This document shows positions 1 to 8,600 of a DNA stretch of 38,363 nt, piece by piece. The translations under genes and the position numbers were made by a program. The notes under the pieces were generated by a model. It was not told where the DNA came from, made no database searches, and saw only the letters and a list, made by a program, of their open reading frames with translations. Origin of the DNA: a virus (Duplodnaviria; Heunggongvirae; Uroviricota; Caudoviricetes). Location: the IMG/VR virus record IMGVR_UViG_2541047946_000018, positions 1 to 38,363 of that record; one strand, given 5' to 3'. How positions within the stretch are numbered: the first letter of the stretch is position 1; every line of letters begins with the position of its first letter.

Positions 1-183
1 CGTACAGCCAATCTTTGGAGCAATGGAACAAATTGTCGCCCATTGTGAGTCATATTCGCCCTGACTTTCCAGAACCATACGGACTGCCCGTTGACGGACT
101 TCAGGGGAAAAACGAGTATTTTTAGTCATCCTGTTTACCTCTTTCTCAGGAAGTTTAGTCTCCAGGATTCCCGGGGCGGTTCA
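1..183 (-). mobile_element. IS629-like (IS3 family) insertion sequence, partial copy running off the left window edge; terminal inverted repeat ends at 183
   Basis: Bases 1..183 are the exact reverse complement of 11808..11990, the left end of the full IS copy, including the terminal TGAACCGCCCCGGG repeat and the orfA start. Confidence 0.85.
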
Positions 184-1076
184 GCTTGCCACGCGGCCCA
201 GTCTATTGACTGAGATAATGAGTCAACAAAAGGATATAAGGATTTTGCTTCAGAAATTGAAGAAAACCTCTCAGATAATGGATGATATTTCCCATCCCCA
301 ATTGCTCCGAATTGTTTTACATTTAAGAAAAGAGCATTGTTTTCATGCTGAGTTATAGTTACAGCCCCGGCAAATGGCTGCCTTACACCAATTAATGCAT
401 CACCTTTTCCTTCTCCTGCGCTAGATAATTGCAGAAGAACATCTGCGGCACTGCCAGAAGGCACAGGTACACCTATAGGTTTACCATTGACGATACCAAT
501 GACAGTTTCTTCCAGTAAATGAACTGGAGGAAGTGGTTCAATAAAATTATCTGGAACCCGTAATGTCCTGTTAATATTCACATTAACAATATTATCAACA
601 TAATTCTTTGTAGCTGCATCTTGAGGCTTGGAAGGATCGCGCAAATTGCGGATGTAATTATTCAAGGCATCGTAATAGTTTGCCACAAATGATGGTTTGC
701 GCAGCGCCAGGCTAAACCAACTGCGGACTTGCTGTATCAGCATCGTCAGCTTATCTAACGCGTCTTCATGCACCTCAGCGAAAAACTTTCCCTGATTTCG
801 CAGATCAGTTTCCTGCGTAACCGGTAGCTCTCGTGATATAGAAATCTGATAACCGTTAGCTAACGCCTTCGACAGAATTACATTACCGCCATTATATCCA
901 CCAGCCCCAGTGACAGTGTAATCAGTATCAAGAGCCAGCACAGCGATATTTTCGTCAAGGTCAACCACCTGTACTGCCAGATCAGATTCCTTGAAAACCC
1001 TAAAGGTATACGGAAATGATGTCGTAACGCCGTTACCTGTGTATTCGTTGTGGTCAACTTCGGTTGAGACCGTCAT
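184..1076 (-). pseudogene. T7 gp17-like tail fiber/tailspike, N-terminal about 297 codons only; C-terminus replaced by IS sequence
   Basis: ATG at 1076 with GGAG RBS. N-terminus (YTGNGVTTSFPYTF...TDYTVTG) resembles the T7 gp17 adapter domain; a pectate-lyase-type beta-helix start motif (FGAIGDGK) follows. The frame runs into the IS at 183 and stops at 135 inside it. Confidence 0.7.
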
Positions 1077-1179
1077 GTTAAATCTCCAGATAGTCGCAGC
1101 ACCCGTTGCGCCGCATATCTGGTTATTCTATTACCTGAAAAACCACATATGGATAGAAAGGGTGTGAATACGAACAGAT

Positions 1180-1196
1180 ATTACCTTTCAGGTAAT
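1180..1196. promoter_or_regulatory. 17-bp palindromic operator ATTACCTTTCAGGTAAT (consensus ATTACC-N5-GGTAAT)
   Basis: Perfect inverted half-sites; same motif as the tripartite site between cro-like and cI-like genes. Associated AACCACATA element at 1142..1150 and half-site at 1128..1133. Confidence 0.6.
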
Positions 1197-1234
1197 TTGC
1201 AAAACGTGCTGGATAGCAAACAAATTATTTGATA

Positions 1235-1250
1235 CTGTATAAATATACAG
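1235..1250. promoter_or_regulatory. LexA (SOS) box CTGTATAAATATACAG overlapping the -10 region of the downstream plus-strand gene
   Basis: CTGT-N8-ACAG with AT-rich spacer, one mismatch from the E. coli consensus CTGTATATATATACAG; 21 bp upstream of ATG 1272. Confidence 0.7.
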
Positions 1251-1271
1251 TTATTGCATGGAGAAGATAAG

Positions 1272-1529
1272 ATGCAGCAGTATCACTATCCACTGGAAGA
1301 CGGATTTACCGAAAGGATTCACACGCCGGGAGGCGTCAGGTCACTGGTGGAGGGATCGCACTTGATGAAATTACTCCGGGATCTCGATAAGGATGGATTT
1401 AATGTCGATGGCCCACTTGCCGAACTGACTGCACTGATTAACTACGTCACCAGCTCACAGATGTCTATGCGGGATCTGCAAACACATCTCGACTATTGTG
1501 CCGAACAATTACGAAAACAAACCCGGTAA
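1272..1529 (+). CDS. Small antirepressor-like protein, homologous to the C-terminal domain of the Bro-N protein at 2913..3605; likely SOS-induced
   Basis: ATG 1272 preceded by GGAGAAG RBS (the ORF track starts at TTG 1254). About 40 percent identity by eye to the Bro-N C-terminus (LMxLL..L..DG..V.G..AELT....Y.......LRD[IL]QTH..Y). Confidence 0.6.
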   Translation: MQQYHYPLEDGFTERIHTPGGVRSLVEGSHLMKLLRDLDKDGFNVDGPLAELTALINYVTSSQMSMRDLQTHLDYCAEQLRKQTR

Positions 1530-1553
1530 ATTTAAAGGCCGCAAGAGCGGCCA

Positions 1554-2060
1554 TTAACAGTCGTAAAATTCCGGGTCCCACAAACTTGCATCGCGCGGCA
1601 TGGATTCTAAATTTTTCAGCCGCAAAATTCTGTCACACTCGACAAGAAGTTTTTGTTTTTGTTCGTCAATTTCTACTTTTTTGTGTGCTGGCTCATCCCA
1701 GTAATCCAGAAGAAACGCATGTCGCTCAGACGTTACAAGATAAATCACATACACATCACTGGTTGGTATTTTTTTATGCTTGTTGGTGGTCTTGTCTTTC
1801 TTCCCGGATGCCCAGTTTTTCCAGCATTGTTCCGTACCGCTCTCACCAAACTTGTCAGTATAGTTTCCGATGTTTACGTGAACGTGGCGTATGTGATATT
1901 CCAGCATCTCTTTCGGTGGATCCCGAAACAGAGTGTCCTTTCCGAAATCCTTATGATGACCGTAGCGCCAGTGATCTATGAACGCGTTTTTGATAGGTAT
2001 TAGCTCAGGGTCCTTCCCAAAAATTCCAGGGTGAACCAACCCCTGGAATTTATTCAGCAT
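1554..2060 (-). CDS. YafO-like putative toxin (mRNA interferase family), paralog A
   Basis: ATG 2060 overlaps the upstream gene's stop by 11 nt. Shares HWR[YH]GHH, GKDTLF, HVHVNIG, TEQCW and YWDxPAH motifs with the paralog at 4049..4561; resembles E. coli YafO from memory. Confidence 0.55.
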   Translation of the reverse strand: MLNKFQGLVHPGIFGKDPELIPIKNAFIDHWRYGHHKDFGKDTLFRDPPKEMLEYHIRHVHVNIGNYTDKFGESGTEQCWKNWASGKKDKTTNKHKKIPTSDVYVIYLVTSERHAFLLDYWDEPAHKKVEIDEQKQKLLVECDRILRLKNLESMPRDASLWDPEFYDC

Positions 2061-2469
2061 CGTCGTAGAGCTCCTGAGCCATATCTTCGGCAGTGCGTGC
2101 AAACATCCTGCGCGAGATTGCATGAGATTTCTCGACGGACATCTTTGGGACCTCATGCATAACATTTTTGGGAGTTGTGTAATAGCCTATTACAATTTTC
2201 ACACCTGACTTATGATTAATATCAGCATAATATACTTCTTGTTCAGACGTTTCACGACGAACATAATCTGCCAGTTTTCCACATTTAAATTCCCCTCCCT
2301 GATGTTTTAAAATCTCCTCAACTGCACTATTTTCAGTGAAATACCGAATAAGAAATTTCTGTCCAGTCTCTTCAGCATGAGGTATAACAGTATTATTGGA
2401 AGCCCGAACAATGGCCTTACTCAATATTTCATGGTCTTTATTTTTTTCTGATTTCCTCAAATGCTGCAT
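2050..2469 (-). CDS. Small basic partner protein of YafO-like paralog A (putative antitoxin), acidic C-terminus
   Basis: ATG 2469 with GAAGAGAG RBS (track ORF starts at TTG 2505). N-terminal region similar to the partner at 3736..4062; not YafN-like. Confidence 0.45.
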   Translation of the reverse strand: MQHLRKSEKNKDHEILSKAIVRASNNTVIPHAEETGQKFLIRYFTENSAVEEILKHQGGEFKCGKLADYVRRETSEQEVYYADINHKSGVKIVIGYYTTPKNVMHEVPKMSVEKSHAISRRMFARTAEDMAQELYDDAE

Positions 2470-2504
2470 TACTGTAGCTCTCTTCGTGTTCACGGGCCCC
2501 CCCA

Positions 2505-2521
2505 ACTACCTCTAGGGTAAA
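2505..2521. promoter_or_regulatory. Operator-like site ACTACCTCTAGGGTAAA (one mismatch), just downstream of a candidate sigma70 promoter for the minus-strand module
   Basis: On the minus strand TTGCCA-18 bp-TAGAAT precedes this site, 36 bp upstream of ATG 2469. Confidence 0.45.
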
Positions 2522-2629
2522 CATTCTATCGAAAGTATACGCATACTGGCAAAAAAATAGGCAGGTATTTTCTGAAATGGGATCAATCAAACCACATAGG
2601 GTTGAAATAACGTGAGTTATGCATTTATT

Positions 2630-2646
2630 ATTACCTTTGCGGTAAA
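2630..2646. promoter_or_regulatory. Operator site ATTACCTTTGCGGTAAA with AACCACATA element at 2590..2598
   Basis: Near-consensus palindrome in the divergent intergenic region between the minus-strand module and the Bro-N gene. Confidence 0.55.
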
Positions 2647-2723
2647 TTTACATCGCACTCCTCTTGTGCCATAGTAATCGGGCACTGGCAAAATCCAGTG
2701 CCGGGATTGGTCTCCCGGATTAC

Positions 2724-2870
2724 TACAGAGGCACATATGCCGCATAAGCGGTTTTTTTATGTGTAAAGCGCACCTATTCTATGGTGGGCTGTGTGGGGGC
2801 ACCGAAAGGTGCGCCGGGTTCCTTTGTAGCCGGTAAGACCAACTCTGCACAGTTCACCACCATCTGATTG
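2724..2870 (+). repeat. Conserved non-coding element, copy A (Bro-N leader), homologous to 22221..22360
   Basis: Shared blocks GGCACAT..GC..CG.ATA.GCGG, GGGGCACC, GTAGCCGG and TTCACCA in the same order and similar spacing in both copies; several hairpins (GGCACTGG/CCAGTGCC, CCGGGA/TCCCGG, CCGC-ataa-GCGG followed by T7). Confidence 0.4.
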
Positions 2871-2912
2871 GTCTCAGCGGTGGTGATTAACCTAACTACA
2901 AAGGTGATCGCC

Positions 2913-3605
2913 ATGAATACCAAACCTTCCATCTTTTCCTTTGAGTCATCCTGCCAGATCCGTATGTTCATGATTGACGGAGAACCTTGGTTTGTCACCA
3001 AAGATGTGTGCAATGCTTTGAATATTGATGTTACACAAGCGAGAAAACTTGATAAAAAAGGCTGGAACAAAAAGGGGCTGTATTCAATACAGACCCCTGG
3101 TGGAATACAAGAACTATCCATCGTTTCAGAATCAGGTCTCTACATCCTTATTCTGCGTTGCAAAGAGGCAATGACTGAGGGAACGAGAGCATTCAGATTT
3201 CTTGAATGGGTTACAGGTGAGGTTCTTCCTCAGATCCGCCGCACCGGAAGTTACATTAAAAACTCGCTCCCGCAGGAAGAACGCATAAAGATGGTTGCCG
3301 ACCAGGTAGCCAACGCCACAGCATCAGCAGTGATGCAGGCAATGAAGATAGAGAACAAAACCTACAGCGCCCCGCTGAAGCCCGGCTACCGTAGCCTGAT
3401 TCATTCTCCGTCTGGTGTTCTCGGCCTGACGGAGAACTCACTGCTGATGAATCTGCTGAACCAGTTACAGGAAGACGGGCACGACGTATCGGGCGCGGCG
3501 GCGGAGCTGACCACCATGTTCTGCTACATCGTTGGTGTGAGCAAATGCCTGCGTGATATCCAGACGCACGCGGAGTACATCAACGACAAGGCAGGGTTCT
3601 TCTGA
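2913..3605 (+). CDS. Bro-N domain antirepressor-like protein
   Basis: ATG 2913 with AGGTGA RBS. N-terminal Bro-N signature (IRMFMIDGEPWFVTKDVCNALNI); C-terminal domain homologous to the 1272..1529 product. Confidence 0.7.
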   Translation: MNTKPSIFSFESSCQIRMFMIDGEPWFVTKDVCNALNIDVTQARKLDKKGWNKKGLYSIQTPGGIQELSIVSESGLYILILRCKEAMTEGTRAFRFLEWVTGEVLPQIRRTGSYIKNSLPQEERIKMVADQVANATASAVMQAMKIENKTYSAPLKPGYRSLIHSPSGVLGLTENSLLMNLLNQLQEDGHDVSGAAAELTTMFCYIVGVSKCLRDIQTHAEYINDKAGFF

Positions 3606-3614
3606 CAGAACGGC

Positions 3615-3640
3615 GGCACAGGGATGTGCCTTTAAATAAT
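3615..3640 (+). terminator. Possible intrinsic terminator after the Bro-N gene
   Basis: GGCACA-ggga-TGTGCC hairpin followed by TTTAAATAATT. Confidence 0.3.
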
Positions 3641-3677
3641 TCTGTACAGATTGCAGACTGTGGGTGAATAGCGTACT

Positions 3678-3694
3678 ATTACCTTAAAGGTAAA
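3678..3694. promoter_or_regulatory. Operator site ATTACCTTAAAGGTAAA overlapping a candidate promoter (TTGCAG-17 bp-TACTAT)
   Basis: Palindrome 42 bp upstream of ATG 3736. Confidence 0.55.
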
Positions 3695-3735
3695 CCTGTT
3701 TTTATTTTATACCTGTAACTTACCGGAGATTAAAG

Positions 3736-4062
3736 ATGACAAAACTTGGATTCGTGATGAGAGGTCCGGTAAGAAGCGGAACTCATGCAAAGCGTAGCAA
3801 GAGTCGTATTTTTACTGGTAAGGTTGTAGCACGTAAATCAGCTATTGGCTCGTTCAATAGTGAAAATGCGGCATTGCGCCATATTTTTATCAGCACAAAG
3901 CCAAGAGCATCCGCTGATGTGCATACAATGTCTATTCCTATCACAAAGAATATAAAGCGGATAAAAAAGCTCTCATCTGCAGAATCAAAAGAGATATCTT
4001 TCCGCCAGCTTAACTCATTAGAAACGCATATGAAGGAAGAGGAATTCGATGTTTTTGAGTGA
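3736..4062 (+). CDS. Small basic partner protein of YafO-like paralog B (putative antitoxin), acidic C-terminus
   Basis: ATG 3736 with GGAG RBS; stop overlaps the downstream start by 14 nt. Confidence 0.5.
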   Translation: MTKLGFVMRGPVRSGTHAKRSKSRIFTGKVVARKSAIGSFNSENAALRHIFISTKPRASADVHTMSIPITKNIKRIKKLSSAESKEISFRQLNSLETHMKEEEFDVFE

Positions 4063-4561
4063 GTATAGCGGGAAGGTTATACCTACTGGTGAGTTTAAAA
4101 CTGATGACTTTCTGATTTCGCTAAAAGATGCTTTTAAACAACACTGGCGTCATGGTCATCATCCTGATCTGGGAAAAGATACTCTTTTTGAAAGACCAGA
4201 GGAAGTATTAGGCTTCCATCTCAGAAAGGTTCATGTCAATATTGGTGAATATGCATCATATTCATACTCATGTACTGAACAGTGTTGGGATGAGTGGTCA
4301 TATGGATTGATTGATGAACAAGGAAATTACAGGCCAAAACCAACCAGTAACGCATATCTCATATATGCAGTCAATGAAATAAGAGATGCAGCCTTACTAG
4401 CTTATTGGGACCCGCCCGCACACACCAAAGCTAACGCAAAAGTTTGGATGGATTCCGTATTGAATTTCACAAAATTATTTCATGAACGAACGAATACAGC
4501 TCCACTTAGTAGAAATGTTTATCCGTGGGATTATTCGTACAAATCCAAAAAGCCTGCATAG
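4049..4561 (+). CDS. YafO-like putative toxin, paralog B
   Basis: ATG 4049 with GAAGGAAGAGGAA RBS; same motif set as paralog A. Confidence 0.55.
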   Translation: MFLSEYSGKVIPTGEFKTDDFLISLKDAFKQHWRHGHHPDLGKDTLFERPEEVLGFHLRKVHVNIGEYASYSYSCTEQCWDEWSYGLIDEQGNYRPKPTSNAYLIYAVNEIRDAALLAYWDPPAHTKANAKVWMDSVLNFTKLFHERTNTAPLSRNVYPWDYSYKSKKPA

Positions 4562-4642
4562 TAGTTTTTTATGGACGAAACAAAAGTCAGTGCTACACTC
4601 ATTGACGCCACATTGAGGTGGTTTATAGATGGAAATTTCACA

Positions 4643-4804
4643 ATGAAAAAAGCATTTGCTGCACTGTTCGTTTTGTTGTCTCTGGTAGCTTCAACTCAGG
4701 CCTTTGCCGGTCGTTGTCAGCACGACAGCGACACTGCTGCTGACGGCTCCCGCTGCGGTGGGCGTTCTGCGGATTCCCGCCCGGGTGGCGGTGGCATTCG
4801 TTAA
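4643..4804 (+). CDS. Possible small secreted peptide (53 aa), third gene of the paralog-B operon
   Basis: Canonical Sec signal MKKAFAALFVLLSLVASTQAFA; no terminator between 4561 and this ORF; terminator immediately after. Confidence 0.35.
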   Translation: MKKAFAALFVLLSLVASTQAFAGRCQHDSDTAADGSRCGGRSADSRPGGGGIR

Positions 4805-4810
4805 AAACAA

Positions 4811-4832
4811 GGCCGCGAAAGCGGCCTGTTTG
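4811..4832. terminator. Bidirectional intrinsic terminator between convergent genes
   Basis: GGCCGC-gaaa-GCGGCC hairpin flanked by AAAAACAA upstream and TGTTTG downstream. Confidence 0.65.
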
Positions 4833-4833
4833 A

Positions 4834-5685
4834 TCACTGTGCAGTTTTCGCTGATCGATTTTCAGCTCTAAATTCAAGAACCGTTTCAATATTTCTTTCC
4901 TTCAGCATATCAATAACATTTTTATTCATTTGACTATCACTGGTTAATAACTGGTAAACGTTGCTTCTCTCTTTATCAGAGTTTTCTTTAACAGCTGCTT
5001 TGCATGCCAAATGCTTATTGAAATTTTCTACATCGCTAGTACAGGAATTTACGGCTGCTGATGAAATATCAGACGCTGAAGAAACACCATCATCCAAACG
5101 TTTTATAGCATTTTCTATACATGAGTTAAGGGAATAAACGACAACTGAGCGATACCCTTCAGACGCACACCATTCTAAATTTCTTGAAGGATCGAGTGGT
5201 TTTACTTCGCTGGATTGAATTAACTTGTCAAAAACTGACTTATATTCAATCTGTTTTTTATCTATAGCCCATACTTCAGTAGCTGATTTATAATTCCCCG
5301 TATGCCTATTAACATCAAACCCATGTTTTATAAGCAAATCTGCCCATGAAAGATTTATTGATTCATTGTTATGAGGCCATTTTCCTGTCAGAACCGCCCC
5401 CATAGACCCCATATATCCGCCATATGATGGTATAGCACCATGGCTCAGTAACTTCTCAGCAACCACAGGGCAATTAATTACATAAGAGGCGTAAAGCCCA
5501 TTCCATAAAGCCCCTCTATAGTAATCGCCACGATTAGGTTCTTTTAAGTCGATAGCCTTTGATAATTGTTCACACGTTTTGCATGCATCAAAGTTATCCT
5601 TATTGCATTGCAATGAACTGGCAGCTGTAGGATTTACAGAGACTATTGAAAGCACTATGCCAAAAAACAAATTTATTTTTTTCAT
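4834..5685 (-). CDS. AT-rich moron: secreted protein with possible ankyrin-like repeats
   Basis: Signal peptide MKKINLFFGIVLSIVSVNPTAASS; ANK-like segments (LLSHGA, LLIKHGFDVN); low GC versus neighbours; starts 1 nt after the gp16-like stop. Confidence 0.6.
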   Translation of the reverse strand: MKKINLFFGIVLSIVSVNPTAASSLQCNKDNFDACKTCEQLSKAIDLKEPNRGDYYRGALWNGLYASYVINCPVVAEKLLSHGAIPSYGGYMGSMGAVLTGKWPHNNESINLSWADLLIKHGFDVNRHTGNYKSATEVWAIDKKQIEYKSVFDKLIQSSEVKPLDPSRNLEWCASEGYRSVVVYSLNSCIENAIKRLDDGVSSASDISSAAVNSCTSDVENFNKHLACKAAVKENSDKERSNVYQLLTSDSQMNKNVIDMLKERNIETVLEFRAENRSAKTAQ

Positions 5686-5686
5686 C

Positions 5687-8600
5687 CTATTTCATCTGTT
5701 CTTCAACTTTATTTAGTAATGGTGATATCGCCCACAGATTCTGAAAAGGTAGCATTTTACGGACAGCGTGGGTTTGCTGGCTGTCAAATTCTCCGTTAAG
5801 TACACCATTCGCAACCGTCGCGGCATCACCGCCAAGATCAAAGGTAGGACCAAGTAAAGCACCAATAGCATTACGACTCTGAAACCTTGATACCGGAGGC
5901 GCACCAAACATCGCGCCAAGACCAAACCTACCGCCGCTTATGTTCTCAACGGTATTCAGCGGCTCAGAGAGCCAGCCAAGCATTCCGCCCCGGTCGATCC
6001 CCTCTTTCACAAGGTTATTCCAGCTGTAGTCAATATCGCGACCGCTTAACTTCTGTTTCATCATATAGACCATTGAGCCAAGCGCAATCGTGCCAAGCGC
6101 ACCAAGATAGAATGCAGCATCGCCCTGCTGGATACCAGATACCAGCACCCTGTTATGCTGTGCGAAGATAAACGTTTTGAACTGCGTGATCATCTTCCAG
6201 CCTTCTTTACTAAAAAACAGCGGTGTATCACCTACGCCAGGCGTTACAATCACTGAGTCTACATCTTTCAGCACTGCAGACTGGAAAATCTCTCTAGCGA
6301 AACGGTCATCCCACAGATGACTATGCCCGGTTAACAGCCCGTCCATATCCTCTCCGTGCTTCCCGAATTGCTCCCCGATTCGGCGCAGAACATCTTCATT
6401 GATGCCGACCTGTGCCATCTTCCGCATTTCACTTTTGGAGAGCGTGCCACCAGCAGAAACTTGGCGAGCCGCGTCAAGTATCCTCGACTGCACTATCATC
6501 CCGGACCATGATTTAAGTGCGCTGTTCCACTGATTCATCAGCGTCCAGTTACCGAATTTCTGCGTCATCCAGTTCAGACCTCGCTCAGCGGCGCTTCTCC
6601 GGCTATAGGGGTCAGTAAGATCCGCTATAGCCTTTGTACGCGTAGACAGGACATAATCAAGCCCAACGGCCATTTCTCGCAAATCCCTGGTTGCAATTTT
6701 CACTGAGTCCATATTTTTAAGCATGCTTACCATTGGTCCGAGAGATTTTCTCAGGCCATGCTGCATCATCGGTCGCATCAGATCAGTTGCAGCGGAGACA
6801 GTCATTCCACCAAGCAAACGGAGGAAGTTAATATTCCTAGCAACTCGCCCGGCACGAACAAAGAAACTGCGTGGATCTTGAGGTGCACCGTAAGTACCAA
6901 GCAGTCGATCACGCATAGCCGTAATATCCCTAATATCAGCCTCCCGTTGCTTCTCAAGAACTGCACGTCGTTTAGGTGTTTTAGCCTCTTTTATTAGCCG
7001 GGTATATTCCTCACTAACCTGACGGATTTGCTCCCCCATATCTTTACGGCCAAACTGCGCAGTCAGCTCAATTTCTGGTGCCACCTGCCGGAGATAACTT
7101 TCCATGATGTAGTTAACATCTGATTCAAGAAAATCTTCTATACGCTCATCAGGAATAAGCAGCGTTCTGCTTTTAGTGAAACCAGCCCGACCAACGAGTC
7201 TCTCTGGGATAATATCGGCTGGTACAAGCCCGGAAGGTGCGCCTATTATTTTATTCACGATCTCGTCAGCAGCGTCCTCTGCTTCCTCTCGGGATAGAGG
7301 CTCCATCTGCTTCAGTGCTCGTTCGCGGCTTGCATTCAGCCTTGTGGTTGAATTTGCCCGTTTTTGCAGTCGGCGAAGCTCAGAACGATATTTCCGTGGA
7401 TTATCCAACAACTCCATATGACGCTGATAGACAGGAAGCTCACTCTTTGCCTGCGCTATATCATCAAGGCGTGTTTTAAGGTCAGAGCTTTCTTTCATCA
7501 TTCTTGCCTGAAGTTTTTCTGATGAAGTCTCGGCCAACTCTTTTTCTATTCTTGTAAGACGCGCCTGTGTGTCAGTCTCCTGAGATATAAGCTTATTTCG
7601 TTTATCCAGTTCTTCCATGAGTAGAATTTTTTTACCAGACCATTTCTCCGCTTCAGCGATTTCACTAGCGAGAGCATCAGCGCGCGGTGCCGATTCCTCT
7701 GCAGTTTTTAGCAATGAATTTATCCTTTCAATTCGCTGACCTGCTTTGTCAGCACCTTTGGCACTAATCCCTTGTATCCAGTTGGCAATTCGCCCTCTGA
7801 ATTCAGTGCGGTCGGAAAGTATCTTATCGAACTTATAAATGCGGGGAAGATAACTTTTCGCCGTCACGACATCGATATCCTCAGGAAGGATCCCCAGTTC
7901 CTGCATACGGGCTTTTGTGGTCTCGAAAATGGGGCGGATTCTAGCGGCTGCTTGTGAAACCTCAGGAATATCACTCTGATCACCACGGCGCATAGCCATG
8001 CCAACAGCTTCATTGAAATCAATAAAGTTCATCCTCTTCACGCCGCGGGCGCTAACAGATTTGCTGTACTGCTGGTAAGCATCACGAGTGGCTTCCATCT
8101 GCTTATAAAGCATGGCGTCGTATTGCTTAATCTTAGTCTCGACTGCCGTAAACGTAGCCAACCCCTCATCATTTTTGGCGAAGAAATAGTTATTTTCGGC
8201 AAGCTGCTGGTTAATCTGACGGGAGACAAGAGATGGTGATTGCGCCAAGCGGCCAGCAGGAGTGACACTCAACGTTTTGTTAGCAAGTCCAAGTCCAGCG
8301 AGCTGTTCCTGATCGAGTGTGGTATTGAAAACCTGAGCTGCACCAATGCTTTGAGGAGAATCCATACCTCGCAAATGATTACCTACTGAGTTAACCACTG
8401 CCTCGCGCGCGCCAGGTCCAGCAAGTAGCTGTGCACCAGCACCAAGGATCCCACCAACGAGAGCATCAACAACAACGTTCGATACGCTCTCCATCGGTGA
8501 GCGAGCTTCCTGAGTGGCCTGTAATGCGGCCTCTGAAGCAACACTGCCAGCAGCATTCGCCAGGGCAAAACGCCCGGCTGTTTCTGCAATACGACCGCCA

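Noticed and set aside
1496-2003. Plus-strand ORFs 1496..1981 and 1653..2003
   Set aside because: Entirely overlapped by the minus-strand YafO-like gene, which has a conserved paralog and coupled partner; these are shadow frames.
2739-2757. Intrinsic terminator in the Bro-N leader
   Set aside because: The stem is only 4 bp (CCGC/GCGG) despite the T7 run; more likely part of a leader structure than a stand-alone terminator.
4571-4804. Longer 77-aa version of the small secreted-peptide ORF
   Set aside because: The upstream 24 codons have no RBS and no signal-peptide logic; the internal ATG at 4643 gives a canonical signal peptide, so the shorter form was annotated, at low confidence.
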